Below are positions 34,372 through 44,124 of a stretch of 64,000 nucleotides of DNA, piece by piece. The position numbers and the translations under genes were made by a program. The stretch lies in the IMG/VR virus record IMGVR_UViG_3300022936_000009, positions 2,148-66,147 of that record; one strand, 5' to 3'. This DNA is from a virus (taxonomy: Duplodnaviria > Caudoviricetes). How positions within the stretch are numbered: the first letter of the stretch is position 1; each line of letters begins with the position of its first letter. Below the pieces are notes generated by a model, which did not search any database, was not told the DNA's origin, and saw nothing but the letters and a program-made list of their open reading frames with translations.

Positions 34372-36309
34372 ATGACGAAGACGGACCTCAACATGAGCAC
34401 CGCCCTGCCCGATAACGAGCTCGTGCGGGACATCGAACCGGACGAGCCGCCCGCGACGGCCGAGGCCCTCGCCGCCGAAGCGGAAGCCGCCCGGGTCGAG
34501 CTCGACGCCGACATCGCCGCCGCGCACCCGGCGATCCGCCGCTTTCTGTCTCGCGTCCCGGTGGAAGGCGAGACGCCCGCCACGGATCTGGCCCGGCGCC
34601 AGGTCCTGCGGTTCGCGCAGCTCGGCGTCGTGACCGAGGAGATCCAGGACTGGCAGCGCGCCACGTTCCCGGGGACCTCGATCCTCGGGCGCGCGAAGCA
34701 CCTTCAGAAGGAAGCGGGCGAGGTCGTCGCCGCCGTTGAAGCCCTCACCGCGCAGGCGACCCGGCAGCCGTACGACGACGCCGCCACCATGGCCGCCATC
34801 GCCGACGTCGGCGAAGAGCTCGCCGACGCCTTCATGCTGCTCGTCGCGGTGGCCTCGAAGGCCGGCGTCAACCTGCACGAGGTCGCGGCGGCGAAGCTCG
34901 CCAAGAACCGGCTGCGGAAGTGGGGCAAGCCCGACGCCGACGACGTGATCGAGCACGTCGCCGAGGGCGATCGGTTCGTGGTCGGCTTCGTGCCCACGGA
35001 AGAAGCCCGCGCGGAGCTGCTCACCGACAACTTTTCTGGCACTCGGGTCTCGCCCGGTGCGGCGGGCGCTTTCATGCCGAACGTCGTCAAGGTCGACGGC
35101 GGCGTTGAAATCGAAGTCGACACCGAAGGCGAAGCGCGCGCCCTCGGCGCCGAGATGGAAAGGCAAGGCCTCGTCGTCAACAAAGTCGAGCTCAACAAGG
35201 CGATCGCGCTGCAGCGCCACCCGCTCCCGTGGGCCGTGGCGTCGCATCCCGACGACTACGTCCGGGACGCCAACGGCGACACCATCTTTGATACGCGCGG
35301 CTCCGAAGACGTCGCGGCCTTCATCGTCGACGCGGTCAACGCCAGCGGCAGCATCGAAGCCGTCACCGTCACGGTGAACCTCGCTGCGACCCCGGCGAAG
35401 CAGCGCCAGGCGAACGCCGACGCCGCCATCGTCGCCAACGCTGCCCGGGCGCAGACCGCGGCCGCGGAGCAGGTCGAGGCCGTCAGCCCGAGCCTCGTGA
35501 AGCTCAACGAGCTCCTCACCGCCATCAACAACGAAAACGGTTTCGGCGGCCACGGCGACGTCACTGCCGACGACGACGCCCCTGCGCATGCCGACGCTCT
35601 GCGGCGTGCTCTTGAGACGCACGACGCCGACGGGGCCCGTGGCGAACGCAGGGAGCACCTCGCCCGCTACAGCGACACGGCCCTGCGGCTGTCGTGCGGG
35701 TTGAGCAACCTCGAAGGCGTCAACCTCGCCGACGTCTGTGTCGCCCTCATGAACGAATCGGCGGCCCTCGCCCTCGGCCACGACGCGGCGGTCAATCTCA
35801 CCGGCAGCCCGACCGCCGAGAGCATCGTGATCGCGTGCCTGCGCTCTGCGATGGAGCGCGGTGGCGACCTCGGCGTGAGCCTCGCCGGCTTCACCGCCGA
35901 CGGCGAAAACAAGGTGTCGCGCGGCTTCATCGCGGCTGCTGGCCCGGGCCAGGCCTCGGAGCTGCAGAAGGCGTGGGCGCTCATCGACATCGACGACAAG
36001 ATCGTTGACGGCTTCGCCGTCGGCGCCAGCGAGATCGAGCACCCCGGCGTCGACATCGATGGCCTGCGTCGGCAGGCGCTCCTGCCGCTGCTGGATGAGA
36101 GCAGCCCGACGCGCCTCGGCTTCGTCGTCGGCTTCCTCAACGCGCGCGCGGGCGAGCTCGTGTCGCCGTTCGCCGATGCCGCTGCGACGGCGGGCCTCGA
36201 CCCCGTGAGCAGCGCCGTCGTTCACGGCGTCGCCGCCGGCGTGGAGCGCCGCAAGACGCTCGACGTCGTCGACGACATCGTGGCCGCCGGGCAGAAGGGC
36301 GGCGGCTGA
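34372..36309 (+). CDS. DUF550/MazG-like nucleotide pyrophosphohydrolase fused to long unknown regions
   Basis: 'DWQRATFP...AKHLQKEAGE...EELADAFMLL...KLAKNRLRKWGKP...IEH'. Confidence 0.75.
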   Translation: MTKTDLNMSTALPDNELVRDIEPDEPPATAEALAAEAEAARVELDADIAAAHPAIRRFLSRVPVEGETPATDLARRQVLRFAQLGVVTEEIQDWQRATFPGTSILGRAKHLQKEAGEVVAAVEALTAQATRQPYDDAATMAAIADVGEELADAFMLLVAVASKAGVNLHEVAAAKLAKNRLRKWGKPDADDVIEHVAEGDRFVVGFVPTEEARAELLTDNFSGTRVSPGAAGAFMPNVVKVDGGVEIEVDTEGEARALGAEMERQGLVVNKVELNKAIALQRHPLPWAVASHPDDYVRDANGDTIFDTRGSEDVAAFIVDAVNASGSIEAVTVTVNLAATPAKQRQANADAAIVANAARAQTAAAEQVEAVSPSLVKLNELLTAINNENGFGGHGDVTADDDAPAHADALRRALETHDADGARGERREHLARYSDTALRLSCGLSNLEGVNLADVCVALMNESAALALGHDAAVNLTGSPTAESIVIACLRSAMERGGDLGVSLAGFTADGENKVSRGFIAAAGPGQASELQKAWALIDIDDKIVDGFAVGASEIEHPGVDIDGLRRQALLPLLDESSPTRLGFVVGFLNARAGELVSPFADAAATAGLDPVSSAVVHGVAAGVERRKTLDVVDDIVAAGQKGGG

Positions 36310-36584
36310 TGGCGGCTCAAGAGAGCTCCCTGCGCCGCGCCATCGGCGCCGTCGCTGTCGCCGGCATGTCGTTGGCCATCACCTTGGCGGCCTGCAAGCT
36401 CATGGGCCTCGGCGAGGTCGATGACCTCCCGTGGTCGCTGATCCTGCTGCCCCTCGTCGGCTTCACCGTCGGCGTGTTCCTCCTCGTCGCCCTCGTGATG
36501 GCGGTGATCGGGATGATGGCCCTCATGATCCTCATCGACGACCACCGCGCCGACAAGGCGCGCAAGGGCGACGCCGTCGCTTGA
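36309..36584 (+). CDS. Small 2-3 TM membrane protein
   Basis: 'LAACKLMGL...LPWSLILLPL'. Confidence 0.65.
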   Translation: MAAQESSLRRAIGAVAVAGMSLAITLAACKLMGLGEVDDLPWSLILLPLVGFTVGVFLLVALVMAVIGMMALMILIDDHRADKARKGDAVA

Positions 36585-36590
36585 CCGCCG

Positions 36591-36635
36591 GGCGATCCAC
36601 GATCACAGCAACGTGATCGTGGATCGCCTTTCTTC
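36591..36635 (+). terminator. Intrinsic terminator with 16-bp perfect stem
   Basis: GGCGATCCACGATCAC-N6-GTGATCGTGGATCGCC followed by TTTTCTT. Confidence 0.9.
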
Positions 36636-36699
36636 GATACTGCCCCCGGCTTTCCGCGCACCTCTGGCGCTGCAACTGCAATAAAGAATGTGAGCGAAC

Positions 36700-37059
36700 A
36701 TGTTGAAGACGGATCCGAAACCCGACGAGATCTCAATGAGCCTGGCGACGTTCTCCCTGCTCACCGTCGTCGTCCTGCTCCCCGGCGGCACGGTGTGGCG
36801 CGCGTTCGTCGCCGTCACGTTGTGGCGATGGTTCGCGGTGCCCGCGCTGCACCTGTCCGAGCTTTCGATGCCGATGGCGGCGGGTCTCTCCCTTGTCTGG
36901 TCGGTCTTCGCCGGGGGGCAGATACAGACGCCCCCGCCCGACCCGACGAAGACGAAGCGCGAGAAGCAGATCAACAACCTCATGCGCTTGTTCGGCAAGG
37001 CCGTGCTGTATCCGCTGCTCCTGCTCGCCATGGGCTGGATCGTGCTGCGGTTCCAATGA
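36700..37059 (+). CDS. Three-TM membrane protein
   Basis: 'TLWRWFAVPALHL..LS...AAGLSLV'. Confidence 0.7.
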   Translation: MLKTDPKPDEISMSLATFSLLTVVVLLPGGTVWRAFVAVTLWRWFAVPALHLSELSMPMAAGLSLVWSVFAGGQIQTPPPDPTKTKREKQINNLMRLFGKAVLYPLLLLAMGWIVLRFQ

Positions 37060-37274
37060 AGCGGGACGCCCCGAGCGCGCCTCTCTGGCCGCCCTACTAC
37101 AACAAGGGTCTGCGGACAGACGCGCCCGTGTGGTGGTGGATCTTTTGGGCCGTCCGCAACCCTCACGGCCTCGTCGACGGCTACAGCCATCGCGGTTGGC
37201 GGGTGAGCCGCATCCACAAGGTGCGGCCCGCCCTCGTTTTGGAGGCCTCTCGGCTCCCTTGGGGCACACCATGA
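37056..37274 (+). CDS. Small Trp-rich hypothetical protein
   Basis: ATGA coupling. Confidence 0.5.
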   Translation: MKRDAPSAPLWPPYYNKGLRTDAPVWWWIFWAVRNPHGLVDGYSHRGWRVSRIHKVRPALVLEASRLPWGTP

Positions 37275-37468
37275 GAGCGATCGCCGTCCACTGCACCCGG
37301 TGCCTCTCCGAGCCGGGCGAGGTCTGCCGAGGCACTCACATGGGCGCCTACCGCGCCCTTCACACCGAACGGCACCGCCTCGCGGCTGCCCTCTCCACCG
37401 CGGCGACGACGCCGCAGAAAGACGACGACCATGACGACCATGACGACCGCCCCGACCACGACGGCTGA
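37271..37468 (+). CDS. Small zinc-finger protein
   Basis: 'CTRC.S.PGEVC...H.ER'. Confidence 0.55.
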   Translation: MRAIAVHCTRCLSEPGEVCRGTHMGAYRALHTERHRLAAALSTAATTPQKDDDHDDHDDRPDHDG

Positions 37469-37811
37469 TGCGCACGAGCTCGAGATCCGCGATTTCAACG
37501 GGGCCCGGGAGTTCATCCCCAACCCGCCGAAGAAGATCGACGGGCCGGCAAAGGCCTGGACACGGGGCGACATCGTCACCGATGAGGCGTTGCCCCTGCC
37601 CACCGCCGAGAGCTTCGCCGAGGCGAGCGATCGGCTCGCCCACGCGATCGCCGCCCGCGCCGCTGCCGGCCGCGTGGCTGACGAGCTGATGGCTGCCGCC
37701 CGCAAGGGGCAGGACGCCTACAACACTGCCACCGACGACGAGCACCGCGCGCTCACGGCGCTCAACGACCTCACCCGGCGGCGGGCGTCGTTCATCCTCA
37801 ACGGCCGTTGA
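37431..37811 (+). CDS. Hypothetical coiled-coil protein
   Basis: 126 aa, phage-typical codon usage. Confidence 0.6.
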   Translation: MTTMTTAPTTTADAHELEIRDFNGAREFIPNPPKKIDGPAKAWTRGDIVTDEALPLPTAESFAEASDRLAHAIAARAAAGRVADELMAAARKGQDAYNTATDDEHRALTALNDLTRRRASFILNGR

Positions 37812-37847
37812 CACCCGATGGTGCCGCGAACATTGTTCGCGGCACCA
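37808..37847 (+). promoter_or_regulatory. Promoter overlapped by a perfect 29-bp palindrome (operator-like)
   Basis: TTGACA-N17-CATTGT; TGGTGCCGCGAACA-T-TGTTCGCGGCACCA. Confidence 0.75.
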
Positions 37848-37863
37848 CGACCAACGAGGCCCC

Positions 37864-38328
37864 ATGAAGACCGCCGCTGAGATCCTCGACATCCTCATCA
37901 AACGGCATTGCGCTGCCGGCGTTTGCATCTCCTGCCTGCAGGGCCCGCGCAAGGCAACCACGCCGTGGGGTCAATGCAAGCCCTGCGCAATCGCTGGCGC
38001 CGACGGCCTCGGTCGACAGTGGAGCGCCTTCCACGCCGGCATTGACGTCGCCTCGGTCTCGCCCGGCGACGTCGTGACGTGGGTCCGGCAGCACAACTAC
38101 ACCGCCGAGACTCACGGCGTCGTCGACGCCATGGCTTGCGACCTCGCTTTCGACGGCGAGATTGCGATCCAGTCCTCGACGGCGCACACGACGCGCAGCT
38201 TTCGCCAGATCGAAGACGGCAACCGCTCGGTCTTCGCCTCGGGGCAATACGCGCTCGCGCTCGGAAGCCACGCCGTCAACGAACCGGTCGCCTTCAACCA
38301 CTTCATCAAGCTGCGAGGCAAGGCGTGA
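37864..38328 (+). CDS. Hypothetical protein with zinc ribbon
   Basis: GAGG RBS; CxxC...CxxC. Confidence 0.65.
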   Translation: MKTAAEILDILIKRHCAAGVCISCLQGPRKATTPWGQCKPCAIAGADGLGRQWSAFHAGIDVASVSPGDVVTWVRQHNYTAETHGVVDAMACDLAFDGEIAIQSSTAHTTRSFRQIEDGNRSVFASGQYALALGSHAVNEPVAFNHFIKLRGKA

Positions 38329-38753
38329 GCGCGAACAAAGTACGCGCCCCGGCTCACCCCGCGCAGGTCGAGGCCGCCCGCATCCTCATCGCCGACCTGC
38401 AGCGCGGTCGCGACCACCGGGCCGCCCTGCTGCGCTCCCTCGTGGGCGTGCTGCTCTTCACGGATTGCGAATTCGCCGAGCTCTGCGGGGTCGGCAAGAG
38501 CACCGTCGCCGGGTGGTGGAAGGGCCGCCGCAAGGTGCCGCAGCGCGCCGTCGACGTCGCCGTGGCCCTCGTGGACGTCGTCGGCGACGGGCCGCCCGTG
38601 GCCACGAAGGAAGTCGCCATGTGCTCGGTCTGCTGGAAGAAGCACACCGTCAGCACGGCGTCGACGATCATGCCGCACATGCGCCGCGTGAAGGGCGGCG
38701 GGCCTGACGTCGCCTGCGCCGGTGCTGGATCCCTGGCGGTGCTTTTCGGCTGA
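38325..38753 (+). CDS. XRE-type HTH regulator with C-terminal zinc-binding motif
   Basis: 'FTDCEFAELCGVGKSTVAGWWKGRRKVP'; 'CSVC...H...C'. Confidence 0.7.
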   Translation: MSANKVRAPAHPAQVEAARILIADLQRGRDHRAALLRSLVGVLLFTDCEFAELCGVGKSTVAGWWKGRRKVPQRAVDVAVALVDVVGDGPPVATKEVAMCSVCWKKHTVSTASTIMPHMRRVKGGGPDVACAGAGSLAVLFG

Positions 38754-38761
38754 CGTGGCGC

Positions 38762-38799
38762 TTGCATTGCTCGGCAACGTCCGGCAAAGTGCCGGCAAC
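38762..38799 (+). promoter_or_regulatory. Repeat-associated promoter, copy F
   Basis: TTGCAT-N17-CAAAGT with GGCAACGTCCGG spacer core. Confidence 0.78.
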
Positions 38800-38819
38800 G
38801 CACCACGGAGCACGACCGA

Positions 38820-39329
38820 ATGCCGAACGACAACCGCTATTGCCTCTGGTCCCTCGACGGGGCCATCGACCTCAACAAGGAAAGCGGGTGGCGGCCGTCC
38901 ATCGCCCGCGACTCCGAGGCGATCACCCGGTGGAAGACGCGCGCCGGCGCGCTCAAAGCCGCCGCCATTGGCCTGACGGTGCCCGACCTCACCGCAGAGC
39001 AGCGGACGATGTTGACGACGGCCACGGCGGCCCTGCACACGCCCGAGCTCGTCAAGCGCCACATCACCGTCACCAACGAGCGCGAGCAGGCCCGCAAGCT
39101 CGGCCTCGCGTGGAACGCGGCGATCCTCGAAGCGCGGCACCTGCTCGACCTCGCCGAGGCGATGCCCGCCGATGGCCGCGTCGTGCTCACCGGTGGCGAC
39201 GGCGAAGACACGCCGATGACCCTGGACGACTGCCGCGCCCACTTCGACGCGACGGTCAAAGCCGCCGTCGACGCCGCCGAGCGCAAGCACACTATCTGGC
39301 CGTTCCTCACTGCGAAGCGGAGCCGCTGA
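38820..39329 (+). CDS. Hypothetical protein
   Basis: GGAG RBS, 169 aa. Confidence 0.7.
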   Translation: MPNDNRYCLWSLDGAIDLNKESGWRPSIARDSEAITRWKTRAGALKAAAIGLTVPDLTAEQRTMLTTATAALHTPELVKRHITVTNEREQARKLGLAWNAAILEARHLLDLAEAMPADGRVVLTGGDGEDTPMTLDDCRAHFDATVKAAVDAAERKHTIWPFLTAKRSR

Positions 39330-39330
39330 C

Positions 39331-40254
39331 ATGCCGGTTGATCTCGACCTCGTCATCAACCCCGGCAACGACGACGGCAACTACATGCCCGTCGCGCAGG
39401 CGAAGCGCTCGAAGCCGCTGGCCGCCGCCGACGTCGTCGCCGTATGGCCGCCCCCGCCGTACGTTCGCCCGGCTCATCTGCCGCCGCGACCGTTGGAACC
39501 GCCGTCGAAGGCGAAGGCGAAGCCCGCGCCTGCCCCCGTCGTCGTCGAAGAGGTCGAGGCGCCGCCCCCGCCGGTGAAGGCGCCGAAGCCGGTGAAGGTG
39601 AAGGGCCCGCCTCGGGTCCGACAGCCGATGTACGGGCCGAAGAAGCCGCGCGTTCGCCGGCCGCCAGGCTCGCCGCTGCTGCCCGTTCGGCACTGGACCC
39701 TCAAGAAGATCGCGACGCTCTTCGGCATCGGGCAGGACACGCTTGCACGCGCCATCCGCGCCGATCCCGAGCTGCAGCGGTTGCTCGACGCCCCACACGG
39801 GCTGCGCATCAACGGCATGCGCGGCGAGGGGCCCGGCAGCGGCGTCGATGTCACCGACGCCGACGTCGCGCGCGCCAAACGCCAATACGAAGAGACCCGC
39901 CCCGAGCGCCTCTATCCGTGGTGCCCTCGAAACCGGCTCACCGAATGCGTCTCGTGCAAGCGATCGGACAGCCCCCACTGCGGCAACGGTCTCTGTGAAG
40001 GCTGCTACTGGAAGGCGAAGCAGACCGGGTGGAATCGCCGGTGGTGTGCGCGCAAGGACCTCGACGCCTGCGCGATCTGCAACCTTCGAGACAAGCCCCA
40101 TTTCAGCAACGGCCATTGTCGGCCCTGCGCGTTGTGGGCGTGGCACGCGAAGAAGCGCGGGGTCACGCCCGAGGACTACGCCGCCGGTATCGTGAAGCGG
40201 AAAGAAGAAGCCCCATGCATCGCGCCGGGAAAAAGGTTCACGCCCACGCCCTGA
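39331..40254 (+). CDS. HTH protein with tandem zinc-finger repeats
   Basis: 'WTLKKIATLFGIGQDTLARAI'; two 'CxxC...PH..NG.C..C' units. Confidence 0.7.
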   Translation: MPVDLDLVINPGNDDGNYMPVAQAKRSKPLAAADVVAVWPPPPYVRPAHLPPRPLEPPSKAKAKPAPAPVVVEEVEAPPPPVKAPKPVKVKGPPRVRQPMYGPKKPRVRRPPGSPLLPVRHWTLKKIATLFGIGQDTLARAIRADPELQRLLDAPHGLRINGMRGEGPGSGVDVTDADVARAKRQYEETRPERLYPWCPRNRLTECVSCKRSDSPHCGNGLCEGCYWKAKQTGWNRRWCARKDLDACAICNLRDKPHFSNGHCRPCALWAWHAKKRGVTPEDYAAGIVKRKEEAPCIAPGKRFTPTP

Positions 40255-40314
40255 AACCGAAAGCCGACGTGCTCGACGACGTCGACGACAGCGACAACCA
40301 GACCGAGGAGCACG

Positions 40315-41364
40315 ATGACGAAACGACAGACGCAGCTCACGCACGCACAACGCGGGGCGCCCTTCCACAAGCCCGTGGGCACACCGGTGCCGCCGAACGA
40401 AGGCGACCGCCGCGCCCTCGGCCTTCCGCTTGAGGCTGCCGAAGGGCGCAGCATCGTGCGCAGCGCTGTGCCGGGGTTCATGGCGCAGATCGAAGTGATC
40501 GGTCATGAGCGGTACCAGAGCGGCGCCGACGTCGCCGTTTTGAAGCTCGACGACCTGCACGCGCCGATCGCCCCGCGCCCGGTCATGCAAGACCCTTGCA
40601 TCAACACCGTCGACGAGCTGCACGCGGGCATCGACCTCGCTCCTGGCCGCTACGGTAGCTGCGACGACGGCGAGACCTGCGGCTGTCATTGGGGCGAGTC
40701 GTCGAGGCATTGGATCCATCGGTGCGTCGACTGCCCGGCGTGGAAGCGCGAGCAGCCGCCGGCGCCCGACCTCTCCGCCGAAGCTGCCGAGAAGATGATG
40801 CGCGAGGTCAGAGCGGCCGAAAGGACCGCGGTGATCCAGCCGTATCGACGAGGCAACCCGCACAACGTGCCCCCGGGCTACGAAGTGCCCGGCTACAGCT
40901 TCCCGCACGAGACGTTTGAGAAGGTCGCCGCCGAGACGCGCGTGTCCATCGACAAGGCCTTTGCCGCCCTCGTCGACGCCCTCGCTCCAATGCACGACGT
41001 CTTCGAGCGCTTCGTTGAAGCCATCTGCGAGGCGGCCGGCGAAGAGCCTGCGCTGCGCTTCTGCATGTCCGGCAGCCTGCAGGTTGCGCAGTCGTCGGAC
41101 CAGATGATGAGCCAGGGGCGCCCGCGTTTGCGCAACGTCTTCGTCCCCGATGGCTTCGAGCTCGTGGAATTCGACGACCCCGTGACCGGGCCTTTCGATG
41201 TCGTGCGCCCTCGTCGTGAAGGTGCGGGCGTGGTTCGCTTCTCGCCGTCGACGCCGCGCGTGGCCGCCCGGGTGACGGGCGACCGCGTCCACGACTTCGC
41301 CGCCGCGCGGGCGATCGTGAGGCCCGCGCCTCGGCTGACGTGCAAGTCGACCACTGACGTTTGA
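40315..41364 (+). CDS. Hypothetical protein
   Basis: GGAG RBS, 349 aa. Confidence 0.6.
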   Translation: MTKRQTQLTHAQRGAPFHKPVGTPVPPNEGDRRALGLPLEAAEGRSIVRSAVPGFMAQIEVIGHERYQSGADVAVLKLDDLHAPIAPRPVMQDPCINTVDELHAGIDLAPGRYGSCDDGETCGCHWGESSRHWIHRCVDCPAWKREQPPAPDLSAEAAEKMMREVRAAERTAVIQPYRRGNPHNVPPGYEVPGYSFPHETFEKVAAETRVSIDKAFAALVDALAPMHDVFERFVEAICEAAGEEPALRFCMSGSLQVAQSSDQMMSQGRPRLRNVFVPDGFELVEFDDPVTGPFDVVRPRREGAGVVRFSPSTPRVAARVTGDRVHDFAAARAIVRPAPRLTCKSTTDV

Positions 41365-41426
41365 CTTTGCTGCAACGCGGTGCGGGCGCGATGATTGCCC
41401 GCACCCTTCACCTCGGAGCACGACCG

Positions 41427-42098
41427 ATGAAACCCACCCCCGAGCAGGTCGACGCCATCGCTGTCGACGTCAACGCCTTCCTCGCCGACGAAGACGGCAA
41501 GCACGCGCCGTCGGACCTCGTGCGCATGATCCACGGTCGCATGACGACCCTTGAGATGGAGACCGAGCGGCTTCCGACGATGACAAGCGCCAAAGACCGC
41601 GCCGAGGCGCGCTCGATCGTTCGTGATGAAGGCGCGGCCGTCATCGCCCGCGTGATGCAGCTCCTCGTCGAGGTGGGCGCCGTGCCCGCTCCGACGACGG
41701 TGAAGCTGCCGCCGAAGGTCGACACCAAGGCCCTGCGCTTCGACGAGAAGAAGATCACGGGCAAGGTCGACGAGCGCCAGCAGCTCATCCTCGACAAGCT
41801 GCGCGTCTGGTGTCGCACGATGCCGAAAGATATCCCGGCCGGCTACGGCCTCATGATGCGCGTCGGCGTCGTCTACATCGGCGACGCGAGCCGCGGCCGC
41901 GTCGACCGCAACATCGTGCAGGTCGACTTCGTGTTGGCCGGGCTTTCCATGGACGTCGTCGTTGAGACCTTCATCACGGTCGTTGAAGCCAACATGATGA
42001 CGCGCGCCGAGTTCTTCGAGCGGGTCGTGCGCAGGACCGTGAACCAGATGATCAACGACGACATGGACCGCGTCATAAACGCGGTGAGGCCGGCGTGA
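41427..42098 (+). CDS. Hypothetical protein
   Basis: GGAG RBS, ATG 41427. Confidence 0.7.
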   Translation: MKPTPEQVDAIAVDVNAFLADEDGKHAPSDLVRMIHGRMTTLEMETERLPTMTSAKDRAEARSIVRDEGAAVIARVMQLLVEVGAVPAPTTVKLPPKVDTKALRFDEKKITGKVDERQQLILDKLRVWCRTMPKDIPAGYGLMMRVGVVYIGDASRGRVDRNIVQVDFVLAGLSMDVVVETFITVVEANMMTRAEFFERVVRRTVNQMINDDMDRVINAVRPA

Positions 42099-42403
42099 CC
42101 CTCAAGGTCTACAGCGTCCGAATCGAGATCGAGGCGATCGTTGTTGCCGAGAGCGAGCGCGATGCCATCCGCACCGCGCGCGACAACCTCGACGCCGAGG
42201 AAGACGCCACGGCCATCGATGACGTCGAGGGCCTCTCGGCGCAGGCGCTCGACCGCGCGCCCGATGCCCTGTCGATGGTGTGCCCGCGCGGCGTTGAAGA
42301 CCTCACGGTGCGGGACTGGATCGCCTGCGCCGAAGACGACACGAAGATCCACAACGCTGTCTTCATGTCGAAGCAGCAAGACATGTTCGCCCGCCGTCGC
42401 TGA
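42095..42403 (+). CDS. Hypothetical protein
   Basis: GTGA coupling. Confidence 0.65.
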   Translation: MTLKVYSVRIEIEAIVVAESERDAIRTARDNLDAEEDATAIDDVEGLSAQALDRAPDALSMVCPRGVEDLTVRDWIACAEDDTKIHNAVFMSKQQDMFARRR

Positions 42404-42427
42404 CGGCCTCTGACACCGAGAGCACGA

Positions 42428-43174
42428 ATGAACCGAAGCACGAAGCCTGGTCCGCACTTCTGTTGGCGCATCGAAGGCAGCGACAACGCCTACGGGCCTC
42501 ACGACAGCATTGAAAAGGTGCTGGCCGAGGCCCGCCACGACTGCGACGACGAGGAGCCGGTGACGATCATCATCGCGCCTGTCGTGTGGATCGTGCCAGA
42601 GGAGTTCATCGACGCCGACGACCTCATCGAACACATGCGCGAGGTCTTCGACGACCGATACGCCTACGACGACGCGCCGTTTGAGATCATCGGCGGTGAC
42701 GACAAGGGCGCCACCGCCAAGCGCGAGCTCCGCGAGTGGGTCGCGAAGCACGTCAACGCGAATTGCAAATGGGTGTGGGGCGACGAAGAGGTGCACCACA
42801 ACCTCCGCGAGCCGCTGCGCTACGTCATCCGCTCGCAGCGTGTCGCCGAGGGCGTTGTGCCCAACGTCGACTACTTCCATGAAGTGGCGCCCCACGACGA
42901 AGACACCTTGCAGCGCCTGCAGGCGGACGGCGTGCAAGTGAAGCCCGGGGCCGGCTGCCTCAACTGGACCGTTCACGTCGACGAAGCCGCCCGCTTCAAA
43001 GACGCCGAGGAGGCGGCCGAGCTGTTGGCCTCGATTGCCGGTCTCGAAGATCGCTCGGACCAGTGGCGCCGCGTTGCCTCGCTCGTCGACGAGGTCACTG
43101 CGCAGATCGATGCACAGAGCGCCGAGATGCGCCGCAAGTCCACTGTCACCAACGACGTCACCGTCGACGTCTGA
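42428..43174 (+). CDS. Hypothetical acidic protein
   Basis: 248 aa, GAGAG RBS. Confidence 0.7.
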   Translation: MNRSTKPGPHFCWRIEGSDNAYGPHDSIEKVLAEARHDCDDEEPVTIIIAPVVWIVPEEFIDADDLIEHMREVFDDRYAYDDAPFEIIGGDDKGATAKRELREWVAKHVNANCKWVWGDEEVHHNLREPLRYVIRSQRVAEGVVPNVDYFHEVAPHDEDTLQRLQADGVQVKPGAGCLNWTVHVDEAARFKDAEEAAELLASIAGLEDRSDQWRRVASLVDEVTAQIDAQSAEMRRKSTVTNDVTVDV

Positions 43175-43201
43175 AACCTCAAAGAACCACGGAGCACGAC
43201 A

Positions 43202-43906
43202 ATGACGACACCGAAGACCCACGCCACCGGCGCGAGCTTCATTCCCGCCGCCGAGGCCTGCCTGCCGAAGCATCCGCAGCCCGACGTCGCCAGCGGCCTG
43301 CGCATCTCCATCGACGAGGCCGAGGAGTGGGCCGCGCTCATCGCCGGCGTCGGCGACTTCGGTGAGGTGCCGGTGATCGGGCCGCGCGCCCTCTTCCTGC
43401 AGGTGGACGCCGCGGTGCGCCGCACGTTCCCGCTCAACGACGCGCCCGACGACGTCGTTGGCGCCCTCAACAAGCTCGCGCACCACGTCGAGCAGTTCAA
43501 CGTCGCGTTGGAGACCGTGGCGCGCATCGTCCTCGGCGCCGTCGTCGTCGTCGACCCCGGCGAAGACGACGCGCCCGCGCCGTTGAGCGAAGCGCAGCCC
43601 CGCGCTGTGCCCGACGTCTCCGCCGAGATGCTCGCGATTGTCGCCGCCGACCTCGTCGCGTTGGGGTGTCCCGAGGACAAGGCCCGCGCGTTCATCGGCC
43701 AGGCGCTCCCTGCGCTCATCCAGTCGGTGATCGAGGGGCGGGCGAAGGCGGTGCAGGGGCAGCAGCTCCTCGACCGCGCGGCGGCCCTCTGGAACGACGA
43801 GCGCGGTGGCCACCGGCCGACCACGAAGCTGCCCGCGCGCAACGATGAGAGCGACGCGGAATACAGCGCGCGCATGCGGCAGCTTGCGACGGATCGGCCC
43901 GGCTGA
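43202..43906 (+). CDS. Hypothetical protein
   Basis: 234 aa, GGAG RBS. Confidence 0.7.
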   Translation: MTTPKTHATGASFIPAAEACLPKHPQPDVASGLRISIDEAEEWAALIAGVGDFGEVPVIGPRALFLQVDAAVRRTFPLNDAPDDVVGALNKLAHHVEQFNVALETVARIVLGAVVVVDPGEDDAPAPLSEAQPRAVPDVSAEMLAIVAADLVALGCPEDKARAFIGQALPALIQSVIEGRAKAVQGQQLLDRAAALWNDERGGHRPTTKLPARNDESDAEYSARMRQLATDRPG

Positions 43907-44124
43907 TGGCCACCAACGGCATCGTCCCCGACCTGCAGCAGCGCCTCGACGCCGCCGAGGCGCTGCTCTCTCGTTACCGCTCCTGCCTCGTCGACACGGC
44001 CCACGCCCTGCGGCAGGTGCTCCCCGAACGCCCCGACGGCGAAGAGCTCGACGTCTTCGCCAGCGACTTCGAGGCCCTCGAAGACGCCGAGGACCTCCTC
44101 AAAGAAACGGACCCCTCACGATGA
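43906..44124 (+). CDS. Small coiled-coil protein
   Basis: TGATG coupling. Confidence 0.6.
   Translation: MATNGIVPDLQQRLDAAEALLSRYRSCLVDTAHALRQVLPERPDGEELDVFASDFEALEDAEDLLKETDPSR

Noticed and set aside
34372-36309. Z-genome (2-aminoadenine) pathway
   Set aside because: DUF550 is present but no PurZ or DNA polymerase was recognised in the window
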